64,000 nt of DNA, from contig WTBT01000022.1 of assembly GCA_013138965.1 (NCBI GenBank), positions 7,459 through 71,458 of the forward strand, read 5' to 3'. Each line of letters begins with the position of its first letter. The first letter of the stretch is position 1. The position numbers and the translations under genes are program-made. Source of the DNA: Candidatus Aegiribacteria sp. GTDB taxonomy: Bacteria; Fermentibacterota; Fermentibacteria; Fermentibacterales; JCC-6. Positions 1-10,043 of this stretch are shown here, one piece after another. The notes below the pieces were generated by a model. It did not search any database, had not been told where the DNA came from, and was given only the letters and a program-made list of their open reading frames with translations.

Positions 1-310
1 ATGATGATTCTTAACTTGATTTCAGAATTCGATTCTGATCATTTCATGACCAGATATGTGACAAAGCATAATAAAGCTCCTTTTTCCGTTTTCTTGTACT
101 GCTTCTATTCGCCACTATCAGATTTGAAACTCCTTATGTCCTTCTGATAAGACTGTACTTTCTCATTTTCTATGGCAAAAAAAGATGTCGTCCGGACTTC
201 CGATACTATCTCAGACTATTTCACTTTAGCTCTGTATTCCGAAGTTATGTATTTTGTTTATTGCATCTCTCTGCAGGTCTGATTAAATTATCCTAAGAGG
301 TGATTCTTTG

Positions 311-658
311 ATGTTATTCATAATTATACTGTTTACCGTTGTATTGAACCCGATTGTTTCAAGCTCTGAGGAATCAATTACGGGCACTATATGTGGCATC
401 GTAACGACTTACAGAGGGCATCCCCTGGAAGGCGCGACTGTGATGATAGCTGGCACTCCGATAGGTGCAATGACAGGTGTTAATGGTGAATTCATATTTA
501 CTGAAGTCGCTCAAGGTTCATATACTCTGATAGCTGGAATGGTTGGCTTGAGAGATGTCAGTATTGATGTGATTGTAACAGGTGATTCAAGGGTGGCTGT
601 GGAGTTTAAACTCAGGAGAGGATTCAGTGAAGAAATCCCAATCCTCATCGAGATATAA
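311..658 (+). CDS. small secreted protein with carboxypeptidase-regulatory-like (CarbopepD_reg) fold
   Basis: ORF 308..658. The ATG at 311 follows an AAGAGGTGA Shine-Dalgarno. N-terminal hydrophobic signal peptide, then 'GIVTT..G.PLEGATV' beta-sandwich pattern typical of CarboxypepD_reg domains. Confidence 0.5.
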   Translation: MLFIIILFTVVLNPIVSSSEESITGTICGIVTTYRGHPLEGATVMIAGTPIGAMTGVNGEFIFTEVAQGSYTLIAGMVGLRDVSIDVIVTGDSRVAVEFKLRRGFSEEIPILIEI

Positions 659-677
659 CTCGATATTCCCATTCATA

Positions 678-2309
678 TTGTTTTATGCAATAAGGACATC
701 ACTCATTCTTATCGCTGGTGTTCTTAGACCAATTGTTGCTCAGGATACTGCTTTGGGTAGTTCTGCAACACAGACAACATGGGAAGGAGGGGAGATAGAA
801 ATAACAGGTTCGTTTGGATGGTATGACAGGTTCCGTTTAGCATGGGGAATAGACTGGTTTAGCACGCCAGGTTCCCTGCTACTAACCAGCGGATTTGCGA
901 GGGAGCCTATAAGTTTTGAGCAGGATTTCAGGGTCACTAGTTTTTTGCCGTTTGATATCGATTCGGATGGCGATGTTGATTTATTTCTACTGCAGAAAAT
1001 AGACAATAGAATCGGATGGCTGGAGAATGTGGCTGATAACTCTAGCTGGCTGTATCACAATATCCAGGACCCGTTCTACAAACCCAGGATTCCAGCTGTA
1101 TCTGATTTCGATGATAATGGTCTTAACGACCTTGCCGTGATATCCGATGAGGATGGATTGTGCATTTCTTATCAGGAAGAGGAGGATATCTGGGTTACCG
1201 AGAGTATCGATAGGCACTTCTATATTGGAAGTAATTTGCTATGTTTTGATCTCAATGGAGACGGATTGGAAGATATTATTGGCAGATCTCACATCATAGA
1301 TGAGATTCACTGGTGGGAAAATCCCGGTACAGATGATTCAGAGTGGGTGAAGCATATTCTTGATAGAGTTGAGAATACTGTTTTATCTATGGTGATTGAT
1401 GACTACAATGGTGATGGATCCATGGAGATGTATATAGTGACTTCTCATTCGCCTCACGAATTAAGAGTCCACCGGTTCGAAGAGAATGAATACACGCAAT
1501 CCCGATTAGATCTTTCTTCAAGAATCATGATTGGCAGAATGGAATTGATACTTCTACTCAATGGATTAACTATGTCCGATGTTGAAAGCACATTTCCCAG
1601 TTTACTTGTTCTTATAGATTCTAGACAACATCGATATCCCAGAGATGAATTCGTACTGTTTAAGTACCAAGAATCCCGTTGGGTTGCGGATACATTGTTA
1701 CAGAATGAACAAGTATCCAGTATGATGTCGGATCCAGTCTGTTCAGGTGATGTCGACAATGATGGTGATCAAGATATCTGCACACCAAGGTACTGTTTTG
1801 AGAATATTGCAGATGATGGATCATGGATAGTACACAACTATAGGAATGCAGGATCAGAACAGCTCATATTGGTGTGTGATCAGAATGCTGAATATGAACA
1901 GCGTTTAATCATCTCTGAAGAATCATTAGCGAATCTTGTATGTGCCGATATTGATGGAAACGGTACTGAAGAGTTGATCTATATATCTGATTATAACATC
2001 TGGTTTATAGACCATTTTACCAGCGATAGAACAGGAGAACTTCTGTCCGAGGTTTTGATCCTGAATGAATCGACTGTCTGGAAGAGTATAGACTGGTCTT
2101 CTGATGAGCCTGAAGGTACATATATTTCATTTTATGTTCGATTTGATGATATGAATCCAATGGATTGGTTCGGTCCTATAAACGAACCGGGCAGCTTGCT
2201 GGATTATAGAGAATCGAGTTCCAGAACTTTTCAGTACAAGGTGGTTCTGGAGTCCGACCATCCTGATGTAACACCAGTATTGAACAGCGTGACAGCAACC
2301 TGGGAGTAA
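678..2309 (+). CDS. secreted FG-GAP/VCBS-like repeat protein
   Basis: ORF 582..2309. Repeated D-x-D/N-G-D motifs (FDIDSDGDVDLF, DFDDNGLNDL, DLNGDGLEDI, DDYNGDGSME, GDVDNDGDQD, DIDGNGTEEL) as in FG-GAP beta-propeller repeats. A TTG at 678 gives a clean signal peptide (FYAIRTSLILIAGVLRPIVAQD) and avoids overlap with the upstream gene; a GTG at 582 is also possible. Confidence 0.6.
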   Translation: MFYAIRTSLILIAGVLRPIVAQDTALGSSATQTTWEGGEIEITGSFGWYDRFRLAWGIDWFSTPGSLLLTSGFAREPISFEQDFRVTSFLPFDIDSDGDVDLFLLQKIDNRIGWLENVADNSSWLYHNIQDPFYKPRIPAVSDFDDNGLNDLAVISDEDGLCISYQEEEDIWVTESIDRHFYIGSNLLCFDLNGDGLEDIIGRSHIIDEIHWWENPGTDDSEWVKHILDRVENTVLSMVIDDYNGDGSMEMYIVTSHSPHELRVHRFEENEYTQSRLDLSSRIMIGRMELILLLNGLTMSDVESTFPSLLVLIDSRQHRYPRDEFVLFKYQESRWVADTLLQNEQVSSMMSDPVCSGDVDNDGDQDICTPRYCFENIADDGSWIVHNYRNAGSEQLILVCDQNAEYEQRLIISEESLANLVCADIDGNGTEELIYISDYNIWFIDHFTSDRTGELLSEVLILNESTVWKSIDWSSDEPEGTYISFYVRFDDMNPMDWFGPINEPGSLLDYRESSSRTFQYKVVLESDHPDVTPVLNSVTATWE

Positions 2310-3815
2310 CTAGATCCTGGACATTGAGAAAGTTCCGAACTGTTCCATTTCAAAGCTAGTACGATCTAACTTGTAAATCTTGCCCTCAATGCTGTCATGT
2401 TTTAACCAATGATCAATGAGTGCCAATATCAGCATATCATTTGCACCATCAATGTATGTATCCTGACGAACACTTGAAAAATGGAGGAGAAGGTAACAAT
2501 CCCCGTCTCCAGGATAATCGAATACGGCATAGGTGTAGTGTCTTATGGAAGGGTAAATGTTAGACCATGGGAACCTCTGATTCAGGTGTATTCGAGGAAA
2601 AGTTCTGCCGTCATATTCCAGAATGGCAGTGCCAGTATCACTGAACGATAAAGTAACATCATCTATGAATGCATCAAGCGTAGTATCGCAGATCGCTGTA
2701 ATCTCGAAGTTTGGTGTATAAAGGTTTATGGTGCAGTCGGAATATGGTTCTGGTTCTGTATCATCAGATTCAACAAAATACAGGGTTCCGGAGATTGGTC
2801 CATCCTTGAGCACTTCCAACATAGCAGCAAGGAGAGGACGGTTCGATTCCCGGTCCATGTCGTTAATCCTGAGTAGAGTGCTTCTGCTTGAATAACTGGA
2901 ACCACCTGAAGCGAATGCTCTGAAGAAAAGACTGGAATCATCTAAATGTCTTCTTGTATCCTCGGAAACATATCTTTGCCGGCCTTTCAGGTGGAAATCC
3001 CTGCCAGCACTTACCATATATGCCTCATCCGGAAGGCCTATGGCCCAGTAATCAGGGTTCTCCATTTCGATTTTGAATACATAAAAAGGGACAGTGCCAT
3101 ATTCGTAGAAATCTTCAATGGACTGTATTGATCCAAAACAGGGATACTTTGGCCAGACATCAATATAGTAAACACCTTCAGTGTACTTCTGGACATCACC
3201 TGTGAACGTGCCTAATTGAACTCCCAGATAAAGATCTTCGCCAGTCGGTAACATGCTGAATTCCGTCATATAGTTATTACCGGAACAGATTGCACCGAAT
3301 GGATCCATATTATCCCATTCCGAGTAACTTGAACGAGTTCTCCGACCGTATTCCGAGGGGATCACCCTGATATCGATATTTTCCGAGGAAAAAGGAAAGT
3401 GAACAGTAATATATGATTCATGGTTATTAAACTCAGGTCCCAGTCCATTGGAAAGCAATTCCAGATCATCTACCGTAAGGATATTCGGAGAAGTGTTTCC
3501 AACCAAGATGTAGAAGCCATCTCTTGCCGGGCCAAAGCAAAGAAGTGCTCCAGTACTGTCAGCTATGAATAAAGCCTTTTGCCCCTGCTCAAGGAACGTA
3601 CTGAACCGAGTGGAGAAAGCCAGTTCATCACCAGTTTCGGATGACCCGGTCCAGGCTTCAGTGACTCTTAAGTAGACAGAATCAGCACTCTCAGTGATAA
3701 ACATACCCTCAACAACATGCGCATAATGATCATACTCTAGATAGTCAAATGCGCCAGTAGGAATGGTTATCATGGTTGTTCCAAAGAAACTCAGAATGAA
3801 TATCAGTATAAGCAT
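2310..3815 (-). CDS. hypothetical secreted protein (signal peptide, no recognised domain)
   Basis: 501-aa ORF with N-terminal hydrophobic leader. Convergent with the upstream gene (stops abut at 2309/2310). Confidence 0.5.
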   Translation of the reverse strand: MLILIFILSFFGTTMITIPTGAFDYLEYDHYAHVVEGMFITESADSVYLRVTEAWTGSSETGDELAFSTRFSTFLEQGQKALFIADSTGALLCFGPARDGFYILVGNTSPNILTVDDLELLSNGLGPEFNNHESYITVHFPFSSENIDIRVIPSEYGRRTRSSYSEWDNMDPFGAICSGNNYMTEFSMLPTGEDLYLGVQLGTFTGDVQKYTEGVYYIDVWPKYPCFGSIQSIEDFYEYGTVPFYVFKIEMENPDYWAIGLPDEAYMVSAGRDFHLKGRQRYVSEDTRRHLDDSSLFFRAFASGGSSYSSRSTLLRINDMDRESNRPLLAAMLEVLKDGPISGTLYFVESDDTEPEPYSDCTINLYTPNFEITAICDTTLDAFIDDVTLSFSDTGTAILEYDGRTFPRIHLNQRFPWSNIYPSIRHYTYAVFDYPGDGDCYLLLHFSSVRQDTYIDGANDMLILALIDHWLKHDSIEGKIYKLDRTSFEMEQFGTFSMSRI

Positions 3816-4212
3816 AGTAAGTTGATTATCATAAAATCATCACAATTGGTCAAATCAAGTTAGTAGTCTCGAAAACAGGTGAACTCCCTCATAACAATTC
3901 AAGCATATCACTTAAGCTGTCCGGTAGGATTACTTCCGGTTTGACCCCTCTGCTATTTTCACCTCCTTTTCTGATGCTGTACCATGATTTCAGTTACTCC
4001 CCATCTAATTGACATCTCCTCGACTAACGATGATTCTTGAGTATACAAGGGGAGGTCGTCCGGAAAGACATGCATTCCACTACTGCCGAAGCTAACTGAG
4101 GGAGTGGTATTAAAAAGTTGCGGCAGGTCGGCTTTCCGCACCGTTAATATCTGCTTAACAGTACCGTTCCTGTCCTACTAGCTGAGATACTAATTCGATG
4201 AGTTTCAAATAC

Positions 4213-5451
4213 TTACCGAGCACATTTATCTCTCATGACATTTCTGTATACTTCCATTGTGTGCTTCGCTGTAAGATTCCAGGAAAAAAGCTTTGCCTGA
4301 TCAAAGCCTCTGCTTATGAGCCGGGAGCGTGTATCAGTGGAATCGATCATTGCCTTCATCGCTGATGCGATCTCCTCAAGGCTGTGCGGATCAACAAGAA
4401 TTGCCGCATCTCCGGCAATCTCCGGAAGACATGATGCGTTGGATGTAATAACAGGGCAACCGCATTGCATAGCCTCAATAATCGGGAGACCGAATCCCTC
4501 TGCGAAGGATGGGAATACGAAAGCGACGGCAGATGAGTACAACTGGACAAGATCATCCTCTGATATTCCTTCTATCGTATGCACAGACCGGTATTTCAGG
4601 AAAGTTTCGTTCTCCGCCTGGAAGTTCTCTTTATCTTTCTGACTCCCCGACAGGACAAGAACAAGATGCTTCTTCCTGCGAATATCTTCCGGAATGAGTG
4701 AATAGGCTTCCAAAAGATTTGAAAGATTCTTTCTGGGATCAACGCGACCGACAAAGAGGAAGTATGAGTTTTCGGAAAGAGAATACTGCCGGAGGAGTGT
4801 TTCATCCGGCGCAAGAGGTTTGAACGACACGGATGCAGCATCATGAACAGGTACAATATCGAGTGTGCAGGAAGGATACCTGCTGTGAAGAGTATCAGCA
4901 ACGTAACCCGATGGAGTAATTATCGCATCGGCCCTTTTCAGGAGAACAGGAGTCCTGCTTAGATACTGTCTCTCAAGGTACGTGTTTTTGTACTGTTCCT
5001 CAGTAATAGGGAAAATATCGTTGATCGTTGCCACGAAGGAGCCGGACAGCGCTGGAGTTCCGTATGGATCCGTAAGGTGCACAATATCAAGCTTCCGCTC
5101 GTGAAACCTCCATGCCGCTGAACCGGTGAGAATGGTAAGTCGTTTAAGACCGTTGCCCAGCATTCTTGGATGTGGAAGACCTCCGACAATAGTGATATTA
5201 GGGTACTCCCCGAAGAATTGCTGGAGTACGGCCTTTTTTGAAGAACTGAAGGTTGTGTACAGCAGGAATTCATCATCGGGAAACTCAGAAGCTAGCGCCA
5301 GTACCAGCTCACGAGTGTATGTTCTGATCCCACTGTGCCCGAGAATATTGGTTGCGTCAAATCCAACTCTCACTATGCTTCCTTTCGGAGAATAAATAAA
5401 ATTGATCAGTTTCGGAAGCATCAAATTATAGAATTCTAAAATCGAAGTCAA
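4213..5451 (-). CDS. glycosyltransferase family 4 (GT4, Glycos_transf_1)
   Basis: C-terminal motif 'FVFPSFAEGFGLPIIEAMQCGCPVITSNASCLPEIAGDAAILVDP' is the GT4 E-x7-E region. An alternative start MLPKL lies at 5421. Confidence 0.8.
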   Translation of the reverse strand: MTSILEFYNLMLPKLINFIYSPKGSIVRVGFDATNILGHSGIRTYTRELVLALASEFPDDEFLLYTTFSSSKKAVLQQFFGEYPNITIVGGLPHPRMLGNGLKRLTILTGSAAWRFHERKLDIVHLTDPYGTPALSGSFVATINDIFPITEEQYKNTYLERQYLSRTPVLLKRADAIITPSGYVADTLHSRYPSCTLDIVPVHDAASVSFKPLAPDETLLRQYSLSENSYFLFVGRVDPRKNLSNLLEAYSLIPEDIRRKKHLVLVLSGSQKDKENFQAENETFLKYRSVHTIEGISEDDLVQLYSSAVAFVFPSFAEGFGLPIIEAMQCGCPVITSNASCLPEIAGDAAILVDPHSLEEIASAMKAMIDSTDTRSRLISRGFDQAKLFSWNLTAKHTMEVYRNVMRDKCAR

Positions 5452-5515
5452 GAACAGCTGAATTCATTAGCGGATCGGGAATACTGCGGATATCTCAAAC
5501 AGCACTTATTAAATG

Positions 5516-5615
5516 GGGACGGAGGTAATTTATTTGCAAAACGAGAATAATATGCACTTGTAACCCAAAGTTCAGTCATATTATTTCACAATTGCAAATA
5601 AAATACCTCCGTCCC
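5516..5615. repeat. ~100-bp nested imperfect palindrome in a divergent intergenic region
   Basis: GGGACGGAGGTAATTTATTTGCAA (about 5516-5539) and its reverse complement TTGCAAATAAAATACCTCCGTCCC (about 5592-5615) match 23/24. An inner inverted repeat GAATAATATG / CATATTATTT is nested between them. Confidence 0.6.
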
Positions 5616-5791
5616 TCTTTAAGAAAGATTTGACAATAGACAACAAGGGGAAGTATTCTTTTCCCTGCAGTGGTACTTATCAGTTCAGCAGATGCAGGTG
5701 GTATCCTTTTTCTACAACGCTCTTCTTAAGCCTGATCTGCTTTGATAGGGGGTATAGTTTACAACTTGAATTGAACTCTGACAGGAAAATT

Positions 5792-8152
5792 ATGAAAACA
5801 CTTATCTTTTGCGCTGTTCTTGCAATGGCATTCGGTGCCGGTGCAGGTGAAATGACCGTTTCTATACCGATTGATGCCGCAGACATAAATATCACCGAAG
5901 CCGGCATCTATACCAGAATAACCGGCACTGGAATGGGGCTCACGAATGTGGTTGGAGCGCCAAGCCTTCCCGCTTACTCGGCGAAGATAGCACTGCCCAC
6001 AGGCTGCAAGGCGACTGAGATTGAGATCATTGATGCCGAATACACAGTTGTGCGGGGACTGTACAACGTCATGCCGGCTCAAACACCAGTTCCATTATCG
6101 GTTGAGTGGAATGCAGCTCCGGATGAGCCGGATCAGGAAATATACAATTCCAGCTCTTTCTATCCAGCGAATCCCGTTGAATTCACCGGTTCCAGTGTGA
6201 TACTGGGTATACCTGTTGCATACGTGAAGGTATTTCCCGTACGATGGAATCCTTCAAGCAGGACTGTTGATATCCTGACAGAACTTAACCTGCGGGTTAC
6301 TTACGAAAGCAGCACTGAGGCATCTACCGTTTTCAGGAGAAGCATACAGAGCGAGAATCGTTCACAGGAGATTGTAAGAAATACTGTAGTGAACCCCGAA
6401 AAGGTATCGTGCTCGGGTGCTGTAATTGTTGATTCAAAGGATCTGACGTACGGTGAGTACGTAATTATCGCAACCACGGATTACGAAAGCTACGCACAGG
6501 AACTGGCGGACTGGAAAACCTCAAAGGGCGTTCCAGCCAAAGTTTATACAACAACCTGGATTGATGACAATTACAACTGTTATGACCTGCAGCAGGAAAT
6601 CCGCGCGTTCCTGACAGACTGCCGCGACGAAGGGGTTGAATACGTTCTTATCTATGGGGATGACAACATAATAGCAGGCAGGGATGCTAAAATTACTGTC
6701 GGTTCTTATGTGGAATTCCCGCCTGTTGACCTCTACTGGTCAGATATTAACGACATGATTCCGGGAGCCGATCTCTGGGACAGCGACAACGACCATATAT
6801 GGGGCGAGTACGGAATTGACAATGTCGATTACCATCCGGATCTATGGACCGGAAGGGCAAGTGTCAATACAACCAGCGAGTGCACGATCTTCAACGAGAA
6901 AGTGTACGTTTACGAAGGAGTCTCATCCAGAGACTATTTCGAGAGTTCGGAAATTGAAGAGAGAATCGGATACACTACTGAAATGTTGTGGCCCGGGTGT
7001 TACGGCTCCGCCGGCGCAGAGCTGATATCCCTGTACGTTCCATCCGTATGGGAAGAGGAGAAATGCTACGATTCCAGTGCTAACAACAGCGTGGCCATAA
7101 CGAACGGCATGCTCAATGCCGGGCCTCATCATGTATACCACGCAAGCCATGGTTATGCTACAGGATTCTCACTTCCCGGAGGAGCTTACACAACCAGTCA
7201 TTTCAAGAACCTCACCAACATCTCCAGCGGAGGCCTTCCGGCAATATGGAACTCCATCTCGTGTCTCATCGGACATCTGGATGGATACGAATGCATGGGC
7301 GATGCCTGGAACAACTCCCCTGCCGGAGGAGGTTTCGGGGCTTTCAACGCGAGGTACGGCTTCGGGAACCCCGGCAACCCCGGTTATGGAGTAAGTGAGA
7401 TACAATGCAGGTATTTTTACGACGTAATGTGGAACGATGACCTGTACATTCTAGGTGTAACCCATGCAATGGGTGACGATGAAATGTGTCCTCCGTCGAG
7501 TGAAACAGAAGACTGGTGCGTTAAGGAATACAACCTTTTTGGAGATCCGGAACTTCCCATGTGGTTCGTTGACGCCCCGGACATTAACGCTTCACATATC
7601 GCAACCATTTCCGGAGCGACAAATGTGACAGTTGCCGTTACTTCAGATGGGTCACCTGTAAGCGGAGCGAGGGTCTGCCTTCAGAAGGGGGACTGGCAGA
7701 CTGGCGATATTTACAAGGTTGCAGCAACAAATGCTGCCGGAGAGTGTGATTTCTATATCAATCCTTCTTCCACAGGCACCATATCCGTTGTAGCCTGGGC
7801 AAGAGATCATATCTCCTATAAGGGAAGCATAAGCGTTACCGGCACAGGATTTGAGGGGGGGGGGCCTCAGAATTACATCAACGTTCTTGATGCTGTATAC
7901 CCAAGCCCCGCAACTAACAGCGCTACAATACCCTTCAGCCTTGCTTCAGATGGTATTGCCAGGGTTGATGTGTACGATATAACAGGTCGCCTTGTTACAA
8001 ACCTTGCTGCCGAAGAGATGGCTACCGGCGAGCACAGCCTGGTATGGAGACTTGAAGACGCAAATGGAGAAGCTGTACCGTCGGGAGTTTACCATGTAAG
8101 GGTTTCAACCAGCGACTGGTCAGGCACGATAAACCTGGTAGTTATAAGATAG
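5792..8152 (+). CDS. peptidase C25 (gingipain-like) family protein with C-terminal T9SS (Por_Secre_tail) sorting domain
   Basis: ATG at 5792 (MKTLIFCAVLAMAFGAGAG signal peptide) inside ORF 5630..8152. C25-like region (..VLIYGDDN.., HASHGY, SISCL) followed by C-terminal 'YPSPATNSATIPFSL..VDVYDITGRLV..GEHSLVWR..SGVYHVRVST' typical of T9SS CTDs. Confidence 0.6.
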   Translation: MKTLIFCAVLAMAFGAGAGEMTVSIPIDAADINITEAGIYTRITGTGMGLTNVVGAPSLPAYSAKIALPTGCKATEIEIIDAEYTVVRGLYNVMPAQTPVPLSVEWNAAPDEPDQEIYNSSSFYPANPVEFTGSSVILGIPVAYVKVFPVRWNPSSRTVDILTELNLRVTYESSTEASTVFRRSIQSENRSQEIVRNTVVNPEKVSCSGAVIVDSKDLTYGEYVIIATTDYESYAQELADWKTSKGVPAKVYTTTWIDDNYNCYDLQQEIRAFLTDCRDEGVEYVLIYGDDNIIAGRDAKITVGSYVEFPPVDLYWSDINDMIPGADLWDSDNDHIWGEYGIDNVDYHPDLWTGRASVNTTSECTIFNEKVYVYEGVSSRDYFESSEIEERIGYTTEMLWPGCYGSAGAELISLYVPSVWEEEKCYDSSANNSVAITNGMLNAGPHHVYHASHGYATGFSLPGGAYTTSHFKNLTNISSGGLPAIWNSISCLIGHLDGYECMGDAWNNSPAGGGFGAFNARYGFGNPGNPGYGVSEIQCRYFYDVMWNDDLYILGVTHAMGDDEMCPPSSETEDWCVKEYNLFGDPELPMWFVDAPDINASHIATISGATNVTVAVTSDGSPVSGARVCLQKGDWQTGDIYKVAATNAAGECDFYINPSSTGTISVVAWARDHISYKGSISVTGTGFEGGGPQNYINVLDAVYPSPATNSATIPFSLASDGIARVDVYDITGRLVTNLAAEEMATGEHSLVWRLEDANGEAVPSGVYHVRVSTSDWSGTINLVVIR
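7855..7864 (+). repeat. homopolymeric G10 tract inside the C25 protease gene
   Basis: ttgaGGGGGGGGGGcct encodes F-E-G-G-G-P at the junction between the protease body and the T9SS CTD. Confidence 0.7.
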
Positions 8153-8176
8153 ATAGAGATTGGTTGTTTGAGAAGC

Positions 8177-8205
8177 AAGGGCGGGGTGTCCCGCCCTTTG
8201 CGTTT
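8177..8205 (+). terminator. rho-independent terminator between convergent genes
   Basis: AAGGGCGGG-gtgt-CCCGCCCTT perfect 9-bp stem with 4-nt loop, followed by TTTGCGTTTCC. Confidence 0.65.
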
Positions 8206-8254
8206 CCAGATCTGCTCTTATTCGCGTTGTATTCGAGTATTGATCTATAAAAAA

Positions 8255-9904
8255 CTATTGCATCACCGAAACAGTACCATCATTATAATTCACGATATAT
8301 GCAGCCTTACCTGAGGGAAGTGAACAGATACTGGAAGGGTTGCCTCCAACATTTCTGGTTCTAATCACTTTATTGTCTGAAGTGCGGATCAGCGATACAG
8401 TATCATCTGTACTGTTTGCGACGAAAACACACTCTCCTGAAGGATGAGAACAGAGTCCCCAGGGGCCGTTGCCGACATTGACGGTTTTCACCAGCGAATT
8501 ATCGGAGGTACGGATAACTGCTACCACATCGTTGCTGTAATTGGATACGTATACGAAATCTCCTGATGGAAGCGTGCATATGCCTATGGGGTGTGTAAAC
8601 ATGTCAATGGTTTTTACTACTGAGTTGTCTGAGGTGCGGATGACGGAAACGTTGTTGGAATTCCAGTTAGTAACGTATACGTAATTCCCCGAAGGAAGGG
8701 AACAGATGCGATAGGGGGTAGTTCCGACATCGACGGTTGTCACAACGGAGTTGTCGGAAGTACGAATAACAGAAACATTATCATCATCTCGATTCGTAAC
8801 GTAGACATATTCACCCGAAGGAAGGGAACAGATGCCAACAGGCCTGTCTCCCGCAATGATGGTTGCGACGACGGAGTTGCTGGAAGTACGGATGACAGAA
8901 ACGTTATCGGAACCACAGTTAGTCACATACACATATTCACCGGATGGAAGAGAGCAGATGCCATAAGGGATATCTCCCACATTGACTGTAGCTGAGACTG
9001 AATTGTCTGATGTGCGGATAACGGATACGTTATCATCACCGCGGTTTGTCACATAGACGTACTCCCCGGAAGGGAGTGAACAGATACCCCATGGGTTAGA
9101 GCCGACATCCAGGGTTTCTGTAACATTATAAGGTATATATGTCATAGTACTCGAAGTGATCTCATTGCTCCAGCTGGAGATATCCTCGGTGTTCGCAGTA
9201 AGGAGCGCGTAGTAGTAAGTTGATGAAGATAAAACGGTGGTATCGGTATAGGCGGTATCCAATGACCAGGAAAGATCGCATATCAATTCTGCAAGTGTGG
9301 AATCATCTTCAATATTCGGCGTAAGAGATCTGTACAGTCTGTATGAATCGAAATTGGGATTGGGACACTTGGTCCAGGATAGATCAACATAGTACCACGA
9401 AACATCTACTTCGGAGAGCACAGAGGGGGCAGGGGCTTCGATTTCAGGTGTAGTAATCGACACCTCATTGCTCCATACACCATTACCGCCGGAATCAGTG
9501 TTCTTCAGAACGTAGAAATATTCCGTATCCCATGTAATATCAGTGTCTACGTATATCGACGTATTAACCTGAGTGAATTCACCAAGGATCTTTGCGGAGG
9601 AAGGATCGGAGGAGATGTCGTTCGTCTCTGATCTGTAAAGAACATAGCTGTGGAACCCCTGATCGGAACAGATAGTCCAGGAAGCTGTTATTATGCAGCT
9701 GCTCTTCGTGCCTGTTGAATTCCGCCCTAGAGCTGATGCGGAAAGATCCGAAGCAGCGTCTGGCCCAGCTTTGCCGGTATGGCCGGTAAAGCTGACTGAC
9801 AGGGTGGAGGGAGAGAGATCGGATCCGGAAGGACCGGTACTGTCCCCGCATGCAAGTAGAAGAGCAAGTGTGATAGCGATGGTAACATTCATTAAATTAT
9901 TCAT
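8255..9904 (-). CDS. lipoprotein with FN3-like domains and seven YVTN-family beta-propeller repeats
   Basis: Lipobox LALLLAC-GDS. Seven ~41-aa repeats of 'YVYVTN..DNVSVIRTSDNSVV.TV.VG..P.GICSLPSGE' match the 40-residue YVTN beta-propeller repeat. FN3-like 'W..V...W' regions lie upstream. Confidence 0.7.
   Translation of the reverse strand: MNNLMNVTIAITLALLLACGDSTGPSGSDLSPSTLSVSFTGHTGKAGPDAASDLSASALGRNSTGTKSSCIITASWTICSDQGFHSYVLYRSETNDISSDPSSAKILGEFTQVNTSIYVDTDITWDTEYFYVLKNTDSGGNGVWSNEVSITTPEIEAPAPSVLSEVDVSWYYVDLSWTKCPNPNFDSYRLYRSLTPNIEDDSTLAELICDLSWSLDTAYTDTTVLSSSTYYYALLTANTEDISSWSNEITSSTMTYIPYNVTETLDVGSNPWGICSLPSGEYVYVTNRGDDNVSVIRTSDNSVSATVNVGDIPYGICSLPSGEYVYVTNCGSDNVSVIRTSSNSVVATIIAGDRPVGICSLPSGEYVYVTNRDDDNVSVIRTSDNSVVTTVDVGTTPYRICSLPSGNYVYVTNWNSNNVSVIRTSDNSVVKTIDMFTHPIGICTLPSGDFVYVSNYSNDVVAVIRTSDNSLVKTVNVGNGPWGLCSHPSGECVFVANSTDDTVSLIRTSDNKVIRTRNVGGNPSSICSLPSGKAAYIVNYNDGTVSVMQ
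8290..9130 (-). repeat. intragenic ~123-bp tandem DNA repeats (x7) encoding the YVTN repeats
   Basis: Repeated 'gtatacgtaattccccgaaggaagggaacagatgc...' units are visible directly in the sequence. Confidence 0.6.
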
Positions 9905-10043
9905 ATTTATTGTTTCTATGCTTGAGGAATGTTTTTAACTGGAGTACCTGAATAATTGCAGTGAGCCTTGAGCGTGTCAACCAATGAAGTTGCTTGTATT
10001 AAGGTGTTCCTTCGGCTGGAGTTGTTTCCAGATAATAATCCCC

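Noticed and set aside
2850-2880. tRNA-like T-loop sequence GGTTCGATTCC
   Set aside because: Flanking sequence cannot form T-stem or acceptor stem, and it lies inside a long coding region.
4120-4170. Possible SRP RNA helix-8-like motif (CAGGUCGG...)
   Set aside because: Only partial resemblance to the conserved AGGUCCGGAAGGAAGCAGC core. No complementary strand forming the characteristic symmetric loop.
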